Positions 1 through 14,849 of a stretch of DNA of 64,000 bases are shown in pieces. A program made the position numbers and the translations under genes. The first letter of the stretch is position 1. The number at the start of each line of letters is the position of its first letter. The DNA comes from the human T2T-CHM13v2.0 reference genome, Homo sapiens. The stretch lies in assembly GCF_009914755.1 (NCBI RefSeq), contig NC_060929.1; one strand, written 5' to 3'. The notes below the pieces were generated by a model. It was given only the letters and a program-made list of their open reading frames with translations, ran no database searches and had not been told where the DNA came from.

Positions 1-200
1 AGACAAGACAGTCAAGGTTGCTGTTCTCATTAAAGTTACATTCTAAGGAGAAGGGGGCTGATGGTGGGGAAGACAATAAACAAATAAATGAATGAGAAGC
101 ATGGATGTTAGCATCAAGCACTATGTGGGAAATGAAGAGGGTGATGGGATTGATAGTAACTGATGGGGCATGGGGAAGACTGCTCTAGGTTAAGCTGGTA
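1..200 (-). mobile_element. L2 LINE 3' fragment (decayed)
   Basis: Resembles the antisense L2 3' region (agacaagacag...ttacattctaagg...agacaataaacaaataaat); boundaries approximate. Confidence 0.5.
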
Positions 201-404
201 TTTGTGTGGAAGTCTGGTGGGATCCACAAAGTCTGTTCCCTTCCTTCATCTTCCATCTTCTATAGCATCTCTATCCATTCGGGCCAAACTTCTAGGAAGT
301 ATGGTTTGATCTACTGGAACCTGAATCCCTTCCAGCCACTGATTCCTTTACCTTACAGTCTGGCATCACTAAAACGACTCCAAGCTTTCCTCATAACTAT
401 TATG

Positions 405-600
405 TAAGCCTGGCTTTTGTGGCTCAGACACTGTATTCTCAGTGCTATTCTCATTTACTTCTCTCAACAGTCTAATAAGGCAGGTACTAATATTACCCTT
501 GCTTTTCATTTTACTTATGCAGCCCAGAGACATTACATAACTTGCCAAGCTGTAAGTGGAGGAAAGTGCGTCCTTTACCACTGGGCCAGCTGCCTTTCTG
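405..600 (-). mobile_element. MIR SINE (decayed)
   Basis: Antisense MIR core-like text: aggcaggtactaatattaccc...gcccagaga...taacttgccaag. Confidence 0.5.
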
Positions 601-875
601 ACCTCATGATTTTCCAGGAAGTGTAGCCCTAGAACACCCCAAACTCCCATAGCTAGCTAATAATCCCTCTATCAAGTCTTTTCTGAAACTCCCCACCCAA
701 CACTTCCCCTTAGAGAACTGGCAACCTTGTGCTTCCACTATTGCCCGCACACTCTGTTTCACACCACCTGCACCCTTTTATTAACCTCATCTGATCAAGT
801 TGAGTCTGTCCCTGCAGGGTTGCAGGCTCCTCCACTTCATGGCATACCTAGCATATTTGACACCCTGAGAAGATC

Positions 876-1170
876 TTTTTTTTTTTTTCTGAGATGGAGT
901 TTTCTCTTGTTGCCCAGGCTGGAGTGCAGTAGCGCGATCTCGGCTCACACAACCTCTGCCTCCCGGATTCCAGCTATTCTCCTGCCTCAGCCTCCTGAGT
1001 AGCTGGGATTACAGTTATGTGCCACCATGTCCAGCTAATTTTGTATTTTTAGTAGAGATGGGGTTTCTCCATGTTGGTCAGGCTGCTCTCGAACTCCCGA
1101 CCTCAGGTGATCCATCCGCCTCAGCCTCCCAAAGTGCTAGGATTACAGACGTGAGCCACCGTGCTTGGCT
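876..1170 (-). mobile_element. AluSp-like SINE, full length
   Basis: Poly(T) at 876, antisense Alu with Sp-type features (gggtttctccatgttggtcagg; ctcttgttgccc); flanked by TSD tgagaagatc. Confidence 0.93.
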
Positions 1171-1239
1171 GAGAAGATCATTTTTTTAATACCTTCCTCC
1201 TCAATATGTTGACATTGTTTTCAATAATAATCATGAAAT

Positions 1240-2200
1240 GAAGTGAATAATAGTGGCCAGAAAAGAAATGTAGAAAGTATAAATTTTCTATTATTATGTT
1301 TCATGTATATGGTCATGTCCGATTAAAAAATATTTAAAAAGATAATATTATAATACACAAAAATTAAGATGGCTTAATGTGTTTTAATTATGCCACTGTA
1401 TGTTTTGAACAAAAGGAAAAAATTCATACCTACCAATTGGTCTGCCACAGAAATGAATGACAGTATTATATTTCTGTTTCCTTGACTTACGTGCATTTGC
1501 CAATGACTTTATCAAAATTATTCTTTTCACATATTCATGTTCAATAGATGGCTAGCCAGATTTCTCAGTCTATCTTCACTTATGGTTGATTAAAGAATGT
1601 GTTTTAAAAATTAATTTTGGAAACTTTTGCACAAAGTAACAGATATAAAGGAAAGGTCTGAAATGTAAGTTTGGCAGAAATACATAAAAATCTCTCTGCA
1701 CAATATATTCCACAAATTGCAATAAGGTCTATGTCTTTGTTTATTTGGGATCAATTCTAGCAGCCTTCACATGGCTCTGTAGTCAAAAAATTTAAATACA
1801 AATAAAAACTCCATGTGTTTACAGAGAACGGCAGAGTTAAAATAACTCAAGTTGTATTTTTCATCTTTACAATCCCTACGTTGCCATTTATAATTTTAGG
1901 TTTTCTGTTTAAATGCAGGAATATGTGATACCAAAGGTTTGGAGACACACTGAGCCCAAAGCACATTGAAACAAATTGCTACAAATTTTACTCAAAACAA
2001 ACATATGTAGCAATTATGTAACTGGGAATTCTCTGAATATCTTCCATGTACAATATAGTATTTATTAAAATATAGGAAATAAAAACCTGCTAATATTAAT
2101 CTTACCTATATATTATTAAAACTCAGCAATCAATTGATTAGAACTTAGACTAATAAGAGATGTTTTGAGAGAAGAGTATTTTATCACTGACATTGTTTAG
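1240..2200 (-). mobile_element. Decayed hAT (Tip100 group, Arthur1-like) DNA transposon with transposase C-terminal remnant
   Basis: Minus strand 1590->1480 translates, across frameshifts, as STISEDRLRNLA / SIEHEYVK / NFDKVIGK, typical of the hAT dimerisation domain; outer boundaries uncertain. Confidence 0.6.
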
Positions 2201-2526
2201 AGTTGCCAGTGCCTGACAATAATAAAAAGCATTGAATTTTGAGTTGGTTTTGTTGTTATTTTAAAACTTTCTACAGATAATGCTCCCAGCAGTTCATCCT
2301 TGGTGTGCCATGGAGCCATGTTTTACTGATCTTTCTGTTCCCAGGACCTGGCACTGATCTCTGCAGCACTTGGACTAGCCAAATACCTGCCTTGATGCCC
2401 TTTAATCCCCTTGGCTCCCTTGACAGGGCCCTCACTGACTCTCCTCCTACCTCTCTGCCTGAAACTTGTCCCCAAGGATTTCCAAAGATTGATATTTCCA
2501 GGTATTACAATCAAAAGAGTTTGTAA

Positions 2527-3632
<1,106 letters not shown>

Positions 3633-4078
3633 ATCAATCTAGGTGCCCATCAATGATAGATTGGATAAAGAAAATATGGTACATATACACCATGGAACAC
3701 TACGCAGTCATAAAAATGAACAAGATCATGTTCTTGGCAGGGACATGGATGGAGCTAGAGGCCATTATCCTTACCAAACTAACGCAGGAACAGAAAACCA
3801 AATACCGCATGTTTTTACTATAAGTGGGAGCTGAATGATGGGAACACATGGACATATAGGGGGGAACAACACAAACTGGGACCTGTTGGAGGGTGGGGGG
3901 AAGGAGAGCATCAGGAGGAATAGCTAGTGGATGCTGGGCTTAATGCCTGGGTAATGGGATGATACATGCGGCAAGCCACCATGGCACATGTTTATCTGTG
4001 TAACAAACCTGCACATCCTGCACATGTGCCCTTGAACTTAAAAGTTGGAAAAAAAAAAAAAAACTAAAACTAAAAAAA
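3633..4078 (+). mobile_element. Second 5'-truncated L1 3' end (L1PA13/14/PREC2-like)
   Basis: ORF2 end (DWIKKIWYIYTMEHYA...GTWMELEAIILTKL) and a different 3'UTR (ggagagcatcaggaggaatagctagtggatgctgggc), with A-rich tail. Confidence 0.88.
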
Positions 4079-4223
4079 GTCCACGAAACAAAAGAGTTTG
4101 TAAGAACCATTATTTTCTCTCAGATGCTATGATTGGGATTCCAGTCCAGCAGTACTTTCTGGAAGCACTGGGATTTATGGGTGAAACATTCTTGGATCTA
4201 TAGAGCCCTGCAGCCAACTTAAA

Positions 4224-4334
4224 ATTTATTTTCCATTGTAACCAAATGTACTGCATGTGCACTATTCTGCAACCAGGGATAGTGAATGAGTGGTGGATAT
4301 ACTGCTACTCTACCTCCCATGGCTTATCAATCCT
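4224..4334 (+). repeat. Copy 1 of a ~111-bp local direct repeat
   Basis: Aligns ungapped with 5154-5264 at about 92% identity (9 mismatches by eye). Confidence 0.9.
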
Positions 4335-4578
4335 TGCCCTTCTTCGCCAGTGATTGCAGCCTGCTTTCCTCAGAAGCATCCTTAATACAGCATTCCTAGT
4401 AGTAATGACCAAATGAGCAGAATTAATGAAGAAAACCACTTGCTACCCCTAGGCTTACCACTCCACCCTGAGACCTTCCAGGTACAGAATCTAAATATTG
4501 GTATCCAAAGAGTGGCCCAACTTTACATTATAATTAGAACCTAAGCCATTCTGGGGCTAGAGATTTCACTGGCTTTAA

Positions 4579-5041
<463 letters not shown>

Positions 5042-5153
5042 ACCCTGGTTATTTTCTGACATGGCCTTAACCACATTGCAACGACGTGATGGGATTTCAA
5101 TTCCTGGTTATTGAAGTAAACTTCCAGGGCACTAGAGTAAACTTAAAATACTG

Positions 5154-5264
5154 ATTTATTCTCCAATGTAACCATATGTACTGCATGTGCATTATTCTGG
5201 AACCAGGGACAGGAAATGAGTGGTGGATATACTGCTACTCTATCTCCCATGGCTTATCAATCCT
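5154..5264 (+). repeat. Copy 2 of the ~111-bp local direct repeat
   Basis: Matches 4224-4334 at an offset of 930. Confidence 0.9.
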
Positions 5265-5634
5265 ACCATTCCTCTCAAAAGCAGAGGAAAACCAGTGGGA
5301 TGAAGTGCCAGGTATGTGCAAGGAACAAAAAGATCAGTAAGACCAGGCCCTTACCATTGAGGACCAGCAGGGAGAGACCCAGTGCAAATAGATAAGTGCA
5401 TTGAAGAGGGACAGAGGATTGGTAAGAAGTGTAGGGACCAGTAGAAGCACAAAGTTGCATTTTATTAGATTGGGGTTTGGCTGGGTAACACAGTGGTTGA
5501 CATCAGAAGAGAATCAATAGAAGGACTATTTCTGCTGGTGGGCTAGTTACGCACTCTCCCAAGGCTTCAGCTTTTTCATCTATAAAATGATAGGGGGATG
5601 GGGGCTGGATGGCTTCATGGTAAAGAAGGTAGAC

Positions 5635-5820
5635 TTCTCCATTTACTAGTTGGGTGACCTTGGGCAGGTTACTTAATGTCTCTGTGCCTGTTTCCTCATC
5701 ACTAAAACGGAGATAATAATGATACCTAGCTCTACCTCATAGTGCTGTTGTGAAGATTGGACAAACTAATCCATGTAAAGTGTTTAGAGAGTGTCTGGGT
5801 CACAAAAAGTGCTCAAGTGG
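5635..5820 (+). mobile_element. MIR SINE
   Basis: MIR core: gtgaccttgggcaggttacttaatgtctctgtgcctgtttcctcatc...ataataatgatacct. Confidence 0.8.
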
Positions 5821-6242
5821 CAGATGACATCGTCTTTTAAGTTTTTTTGAGGCTCTAAATCCAAGGGTTTTTAGTTTATGCAGTCTTCTAACAGTTTCAT
5901 TGAGAAATAAATATTAGCTCTGGGACAAGTCACCTTCTCAAGTTGGGTGCAGATCATGTCTCTCTGACCAGCTTTTGCTCTGCACACAGCCAGCGTTCCT
6001 TTCCTTTTCTCTCTGGTGTGGCTGTTAAATGTTTACAGAGTAGGGGGCAGGAGTGGCATGTCAAAGGGCAAATTCAACTTGTGTGGTTACTTGAGGGGTT
6101 GTGAGTGGCTGTGTAGGAATTCTGGGCAGGGTGAGAAAGAGACAAGAAGATGGGGCATTAGATCTGCCAGCTAATTATTCCATATGGCACGTGTCATAGT
6201 GGAAATACGTCTCTAGCTGGAAGGAATTTTTAAAAATCTTAT

Positions 6243-6342
6243 GATGAGAGAGGGGACAAGAGAGAATGAGAGAGAGAGAGAGAATGAGAGAGAGAGAGAA
6301 AGAGAGAGAGAAAATGAGAGAGAGAGAATGAGAGAAAGAAAA
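6243..6342. repeat. (GA)n-rich simple repeat with recurring aatgagagag units
   Basis: Seen directly. Confidence 0.9.
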
Positions 6343-6593
6343 TCAGCTATGGGAGGTATAGAGAAAAAAGTAGGATTAAAAAATAGTTCCGGTTAAGACT
6401 AAACAATAGAAACGTGTTTCTGGTTAGAACCCAAGGAAAACAGCCGAAGCAGAGAGCTAAAAGAGATACTCAATGAAGATTTTGTGAAGGAAGCTTGATT
6501 TTTAAGTGACTAGGATTGATTTGACCATAATGTCTGTTTTCCTTTGGATTGCACAGTTACTTTTTATCGAGAGGTGAGCAGAAAGATGAATCA

Positions 6594-6923
<330 letters not shown>

Positions 6924-7469
6924 TTACTTCCTTTAGGAGACCATTGCAGAAATCAGGCTAAGACTTCAAGTTACTCTAGTGGGCAGATCATAGAAACTGA
7001 ATTTTTATGCTCTGAAATCAACTCAACCGCCCACATTCAGAGTCAGCTCCAGAGTTTCTTTTGAAATCTATATTATTATCTGTCTTTTAGTGAACAAACA
7101 GGGGTGTGTGAAAAGACAGACCAAGTCATCTGTGAGTACAGACATGTTTGGATTTTTGTCTTTCCTCTTAAACGTGTTTGCTTGAAGGTAAAATGAGAAG
7201 ACACTTCAATAATCACTTCCATGAGAAGACTTTTATTTCATCATCAGATCTTTTATTTTTCACCTTTGGGTTTGTCCTTATAACCACCAGATAAAAAATG
7301 GAATAGTACCTATGTAAAAATTGAGGGCAATTTAATATGCACAAAAGGGAAAGAAAAAAAAAGGTTAGGTTTCTGTACTAGTGTAAAAGAACCTAAACAG
7401 GCTGATGCATGTGAATTTATGCCGATATACATAATGTTTTTTAAATTTATTTTTTGTGCTCTCTACATT

Positions 7470-7710
7470 AATAGATGCTAACACATACTCAGTGTGCATG
7501 ATATGCCAGACATCATTCTACAGGACTTAAGGTATTGACTCGTCCCATCCTCACAGAAATCTTAGGAAGTAAGTTCTATTATTATCCCTATTTTACAGAT
7601 GAGGTAACTGAGGCAGAGCAAGACTAATTGATCAAGATTAATTACACAGCTAGTAGGTAAAGACACAAGGCTTAAACTCAGTTTGCTTTCAGATTTTCTA
7701 ATCATTATGC
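7470..7710 (-). mobile_element. MIR SINE
   Basis: tattattatccctattttacagatgaggtaactgaggcagag. Confidence 0.8.
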
Positions 7711-8049
7711 TAAATTTCTTATGTCTTTTCATTTTGTCCCAACAGATATATTTATAGAACTCTGAAATACCTCTCAAAGTAATGTTCCTCAGTATTTTGT
7801 CTGGGATCAGGAACTATAAGCCCTGATTCAAAGCCCTGTCTGCCTCATAACAATTCGGAACCAAGGCCTCTGAGGGCATCCCATGAGGCTGCTGTTCAAG
7901 CTGAGGGCAAAGGCCTTTTTGTGCTTCCGCTAAAGCCATTTCTCAAAGGGATAACAAGAGCTCTTCAGTATTTACAGTCTTTCACTGTAATTTCAAGGGT
8001 GATTCAAGCTCACAATAAAAATGTAAACACTTAAAAAGATATAAAATTC

Positions 8050-8645
8050 TCATCCAAAAATATTTATTGAGCATCTACTAGGTGCCAAGCAGTGGGGATG
8101 CAATAGAGAATAATATAGACAAACATCCCTGCCACTATGGAAACTCATGTTCAAATAGAGGAAGAGAGGCAATAATCCTAATAAATAAGCTATATAGCAC
8201 TTACCAGGTGATGAGTGCAAGGAAAAATTGGAAAGGAGAAAAGGGGAAATAAAGAGTGTTAGAGTATTGTGATTTTAAATAAGGTTAACCGGGAAAGCTC
8301 CTCCAAAAAGGGTGACATTTGCGCAAATGCTTGAAGCCTGTGAGGGAGTGAGCAGAGAGGGGAAATGTTCCAGGCAGAGGGAAGGATCCAGTGCAGAGGT
8401 CTTGTGGCAGGAGGCACCTGGCATGTTTGAAGAACAGCCAGGAGACCAGCATGGCTGAGTAGAGTGAACGATGAGGGAGTGAGAGGAGATAAAGTCAAAG
8501 AAAAAAAAGTAACAGGGACCAGGAACGTAAGGACCCTTTCAGCCAGGGTTAGAATTTTGGCTTTTACTCTGAATGGGGTGGGGAGCCGTTGGAAAGTTGT
8601 GTCCATGAGTGACATGACCGAGTTAGGTTTTACACATGACTGAAA
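8050..8645 (-). mobile_element. L2a-like LINE 3' fragment
   Basis: atatttattgagcatctactaggtgcc...ttccaggcagagg...ggcatgtttgaagaacagc...ttttactctgaatg; accounts for the 163-aa antisense ORF. Confidence 0.8.
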
Positions 8646-8659
8646 TACTCCTATGCAAC

Positions 8660-10450
8660 TTTCTTTTTTAATTAACAATACATCCTGGAAGTCTTCTATT
8701 GCTACATCTAAACCTACTGCATTATTTTTACCAGCTGTATAGTAACCCATGGTGCAGATGTAGCATACTTTTAAAAATCCTTAATTGATATTTTGTTTGC
8801 TTGCAAGATTTTGTGGCAACAATATTGTAATTGGAAACCCTTTGTACATACAGATTGACAACTCTTTGTGAGTATATCCACATGATAAATTTCCAGAGGT
8901 GAAATTGCTGAATCAAAGCCATGTTTAAAATACCCTCCAAAGAGTTACCCTCCACAAAATGTCTACCAAATTACTCTCTCACCACCACCCACAAAAAGAC
9001 AAACAACCCCATCAAAAAGTGGGCGAAGGATATGAACAGACACTTCTCAAAAGAAGATATTTATGCAGCCAACAGACACATGAAAAAATGCTCATCATCA
9101 CTGGCCATCAGAGAAATGCAAATCAAAACCACAATGAGATACCATCTCATACCAGTTAGAATGGCGATCATTAAAAAGTCAGGAAACAACAGGTGCTGGA
9201 GAGGATGTGGAGAAATAGGAACACTTTTACACTGTTGGTGGGACTGTAAACTAGTTCAACCATTGTGGAAGTCAGTGTGGCAATTCCTCAGGGATCTAGA
9301 ACTAGAAATACCATTTGACCCAGCCATCCCATTACTGGGTATATACCCAAAGGATTATAAATCAGGCTGCTATAAAGACACATGCACACGTATGTTTATT
9401 GTGGCACTATTCGCAATACCAAAGACTTGGAACCAACCCAAATGTCCAACAGTGATAGACTGGATTAAGAAAATGTGGCACATATACACCATGGAATACT
9501 ATGCAGCCAAAAAAATGATGAGTTCATGTCCTTTGTAGGGACATGGATGAAGCTGGAAACCATCATTCTCAGCAAACTATCACAAGGACAAAAAACCAAA
9601 CACTGCATGTTCTCACTCATAGGTGGGAATTGAACAATGAGAACACATGGACACAGGAAGGGGAACATCACACACTGGGGACTGTTGTGGGGTTGGGGGG
9701 GGAGGGGGGAGGGATAGCATTAGGAGATATACCTAATGTAAATGACGAGTTAGAGGGTGTAGCACACCAACATGGCACATGTATACATAAGTAACAAACC
9801 TGCATGTTGTGCACATGTACCCTAAAACTTAAAGTATAATAATAATAAAATTAAAAAAAAAATACCCTCCAAAGAGTTACCCTCCACAAAATGTCTACCA
9901 AATTACTCTGTCACCAACAGTGTATGTGGAATGTCTATTTCTGCACACTCTTATGAACCCTGTAGACTGAAATTTTACATCTTCTTTGCCAAATTGATAG
10001 GTTTTTCATTTCTTTCATAGTGAGCTACATTGAATGTCTCTTTCTACGTCCATTAGTCAATTCATATTTTTACCATATTATTTGCCGCTTTTAATTCTGA
10101 GTCTATTTCTGGTTGATTTGTAGGCTACTTGAATATCAAGGAAATGATATATTTTTTCTGTCATATGTGTAACAAACATGGCTCTCAATATCTCCAATCC
10201 TCAAGTGTGAAATGACTTTGTTTATGGTTGTGTGTATGTGTACGTGTGCTATAGAGAAGTTTTGTTTCTAAACCAGAAGCATATTTTTACATACTCTAAT
10301 TTATGAATGTTTTTCTTTATGACTTTTGGTTTTACACATATTGTCTCTCCTCCCATGCAGTAAATGAAAAAAAAAGTTTTTATCTTTTCTTTGGTTACTT
10401 TGATGGCTTTTGTGTTTGATCCATTTGAAATTTGTCTTGGTGTAAGAAGA
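8660..10450 (-). mobile_element. Old L1M (L1ME-like) 3' region, interrupted by the L1PA insertion
   Basis: Antisense L1M text on both sides of the insert (ataaatttccagaggtgaaattgctg...ccctcca...tcaccaacagtgtatg...ttgccaaattgatagg). Confidence 0.65.
8991..9862 (+). mobile_element. 5'-truncated L1PA4-like element (ORF2 C-terminus, 3'UTR, poly(A))
   Basis: ORF 8921-9538 encodes the L1 ORF2 end including the Cys-rich motif [18 protein letters not shown] and frameshifts near YYAA; G-rich 3'UTR, then taccctaaaacttaaagtataataa. Confidence 0.96.
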
Positions 10451-12449
10451 GAGATACGATAATCCTAAGATTTCTTATTGGTGGTTTTAATAATACAGCA
10501 GTGGGAAATAAAGCTAATGCTATATGACTTAAAAAGTTCTTTGTTTTTTCTTTGTGCATTTGTTTTAAGATTTCAAAAGTAGAGAATGACACAGGATTCC
10601 ACAAGTTGGTTTCCCAATTCCTGACTACCTTTACATAGAAGCCAGAAGAAATCTACTCTAATTAGCTCCTCTTGCATCTAAATCTTCTCTCAGTGAGAGA
10701 GAAGAGCTAGGAAGGACTTAAAGTAAACAGCTAAAGGGAAGTCCTTAACTTTCTCTGTCTTTTTTTCTCAGGAGTAAATGTATTTTGGGCATTGAACAAA
10801 GAACAACGTTGATACATCCTTCATCTTTAGGAACTTGTAATCTTAAGCAGACAGTACTAACATAGGTTGTGATTTCTGGGCTGAAAATTTTAGAAGCAGC
10901 TGTGCATTAAATTTTATTTTATTTGCTTGAAGTAGTTCCTCAAAAAGTCTACTCTTTCAACTAGATTTGTATTTAACTTAAAGCTAGGCTTCACTTAAAA
11001 TTACCTCTTTTACCTTGCTGTGCAGGCACAGATAGAAATGCAATTTCACTAGTTCTGCAGGTAATCAACCATTATCTACAAGATGATACTCCCATGGACT
11101 GTGCACACCTCAGCTCCTCTACCTACAAAGCACACCTGCTGAAAGACTTCCAATCCAGCACATGTAGGCACTTCATAAACATTTGTTGAATGCGACCATT
11201 TAAAAAATAAGTCTGATTCTCTTTTGAAAAAGGGGGAGAAGGAAGCATAACTTCCAGCTCTGTGTGTCAAAGGAACTTTTAAGAAATTCTATTAGCTAAA
11301 TCAATAGTGGTGACTTCCTGTCAGAGCAGGAGGTAAGAGACATTTCCCAGCAGTGACAACATATTTGGTTTGGTCAGATTTTTTTCTACAGTGTCACAAT
11401 GAAGTAATCCGTAAACAATGCATCACATTTCCACCTCAACCGGAACAATATTCGAGCTCTCAGGTGTTAGAAAAAGCCTCTGTCAGTGACAAGTTAATCA
11501 GTTTAAGATAGTTCAAAAGTGTCCTTCGAGTGCTTAGTTTCTTCAAGTGCTTTAAAGTGCTTTAGAAACAAGTTACAGTTGGTGGAAAGTGGTTTCCTTT
11601 TTCTCCTTAATCCTTAGCCATCAACTGTGAAACTCAAGGCCTCAACAGGCCATTTGTTTTAAGATCGTGATTTCAGATTTTAGTTTTTAAACAAAATTCT
11701 ATATTTCTATGATCGTCTATGTTAGGTCACTTCTTTTCATGCCTCTTCTAAAAAAACATGAACGTGGGGCTCTCAGACAGGCTGTGCTCTCGTGAATGGT
11801 CCTGCCAAGCCTGGACCATGTGGTATGTGATCTCATTCTTATTCATGTTTTGTGATCCTCGCTCACTATCAAAGTCAAAATTCCTGGTGCTATACATTCT
11901 GGCTCATTTCTTATCTTCTTATGAAAGAAATAGAGCATATATATATTTGCTTCCTCAAGTCTCCTGGACATTTCAACTCTTTTCAAAGAACAGCTACTAT
12001 AGTGTGAGTTTTATGCAGGAAATGCCTAGTGGATGTGCTCCGCATCTTTGATCATCATGTCTTCCTCAATTTACTGTGGGAAGAGGCATGTTTATTTCCA
12101 CATTTTCTGCTTATTTCTTACTCGACCTGCACTAAAATTAATGTGGTCTCCCCAGTCCAGTTTTGACCTTTCTATATGCATTTAGGAGGGAAAATACCTA
12201 ACCAATCCAAAGTATTAGCAATTAGTTATAAGCAAGCCTGCTTTATTTGGGGGAGATTTTGAGATTTGTGAGAATATTTCACATAAGATTTTTTTTTAAA
12301 AAAACATGCCTTAAGTGAATCTGTTGCATGAAATGTTTAACCAAATCATCTTTCATTGTTCACAACCCTCTAGTAGCTTCCCTTTGTACTTAGAACTTAA
12401 TTAAAACTTTGTGCCAATGGCTCCCAAGTCCTTACACGATCGGGTTTAT

Positions 12450-13255
<806 letters not shown>

Positions 13256-13486
13256 TAAAAACTCTTTTTTTAAAAAAAAAGGAAACTAAGAAAAAAGTAA
13301 ATTACTACTGAAAATGGAAAACAAGTTTTATTGCCACGAATAGAAGCTAACCATAGAAATAAGCAGAAAATCAATAAGAGAATTGTATTACTTAAAATCA
13401 TTGCAAGTACCACCAATGGCATATAAATGCTTCCGAATGCTTTGGGAAACCCTGTTCCTGCAGGACCCCAATGGGCTTCTCTCAGT

Positions 13487-13510
13487 CCCAGCCCCAGCCC
13501 CAGCCCCAGC
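13487..13510. repeat. (CCCCAG)n short tandem repeat; G-quadruplex motif on the minus strand
   Basis: cccagccccagccccagccccagc. Confidence 0.8.
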
Positions 13511-13734
13511 TGAAAGCTATGGAAGCAAGTCAGAGCAGGTTGTGATAAAGATGGCAGGTATACGGACCCACTAGTCAAGAAAAGAGCCAGTTACAAAGTT
13601 GGACTTGCACCCTCCCCAGTCACAAACGAATCATGGCATAGCATTGAGAAGTTATATTCTGTGGTGCATAGTTAAAAATAGTTAACCTATCAGAGGGTAA
13701 GACAGAATGTGGTGCTGTAATGTTAACAGATGCT

Positions 13735-13920
13735 ATTTGGTCATTTACTTGTTAAGTAAAAAAAATGATCAGTGACTCTCACCTGTGTGCTAAGCACTAG
13801 GGGTACAAGGGTGAGCAATATGGATATGGTGCCTGTTGCTCATGAGCTTATTTAGGGACTTAAGAGAAGAGACTGATAATGCAACAAGCTTTAAAGTGGG
13901 ATAAGCACTGTAATATGCAG
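13735..13920 (-). mobile_element. L2 3' fragment
   Basis: cacctgtgtgctaagcactaggggtac...gatatggtgcctgttgctcatgagctta. Confidence 0.55.
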
Positions 13921-13972
13921 TCGCCTTGTGGTCTGAAATCTCAAAGCAGAGTACTTGCTGTGCCTAGATGGG

Positions 13973-14804
13973 TGTTTTAGGGAAAAACTCTCTTAAACTG
14001 TGTTTTCCCTTTACTCTCTCACCATCACAACAATCATCAACACAGAAGAAGATTTCTGTGTCCAAAAGTGTAGGAGTTTTTCCCACACACCAAGCAGTGG
14101 ACACCAGTTCTAACACTATCTATCTGGAGATAGTGTCAGATCCCACAGTTTGGGGGCTCAGTCCCCAAGAGTGCCGCCCGTACCCTCAGACCCAAGTCCA
14201 AGCCTCCAGAACTTCTGACCAACCAGCTTCAAGTTGGGATTCCCATGACACCTCTTTGGGTTCAATTAATTTGCTGGAGTGGCTCACAGAACTCAGGGAA
14301 ACACATTTAGTGGTTTATTATAGAGGATTTTATACAGGATACAGATGAAGAGATGCACAGGGTGAGGCATGGGAGGAGTGGTACCGAAATTCTGTGTCCT
14401 CCCTGGGAACACACCTTCTAGGAATCTTCATGGGTTCAGCTGTCCAGAAACTCTCAAAACCCTGTCCTTCAGGGTTTTTGTGGAGGTCTCATTACATAGG
14501 CATGATTGGCAACTGTGTAGAGATGTCATTGGACAAAAACTACATGATTTAAACCCAGCAAGGCCTGTCTGTTCAGACTTTTCTTGGCCTCTGTGTAGCA
14601 TGCCTTCCTCTAGGGTATGAGGCAGGACTCTCTCTGGAATGAGAGTCTTTTGACCCATGATCAGACTAGAGTCCTGCCATGAGCAAGTGAAAGAAGGACA
14701 GGCGAAGGTCAGAGAGAGAGAGACTCTGTCTCCTGAGGACTAAAGTGCCCCAACATTATAAGGAGGACTATTGGAGTTATAAGCCAGAAACTATGGATGA
14801 AAAC

Positions 14805-14842
<38 letters not shown>

Positions 14843-14849
14843 CACCACA
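13973..14849 (-). mobile_element. MER21A-like solo LTR (ERVL class)
   Basis: TG...CA termini, imperfect 5-bp TSD atggg/agggg, MER21 hallmark gggttcaattaatttgctggagtggctcacagaactcagggaaac. Confidence 0.8.
14807..14841. repeat. (TA)n microsatellite within the MER21A terminus
   Basis: Seen directly. Confidence 0.95.

Noticed and set aside
8921-9538. 205-aa ORF, the longest in the window
   Set aside because: It is the C-terminus of L1 ORF2p fused to flank-derived codons, lacks the EN and RT domains, and is frameshifted near the end; not a host gene.
13968-14658. ORFs of 76-126 aa
   Set aside because: They lie entirely within the MER21A LTR; no gag, pol or env similarity.
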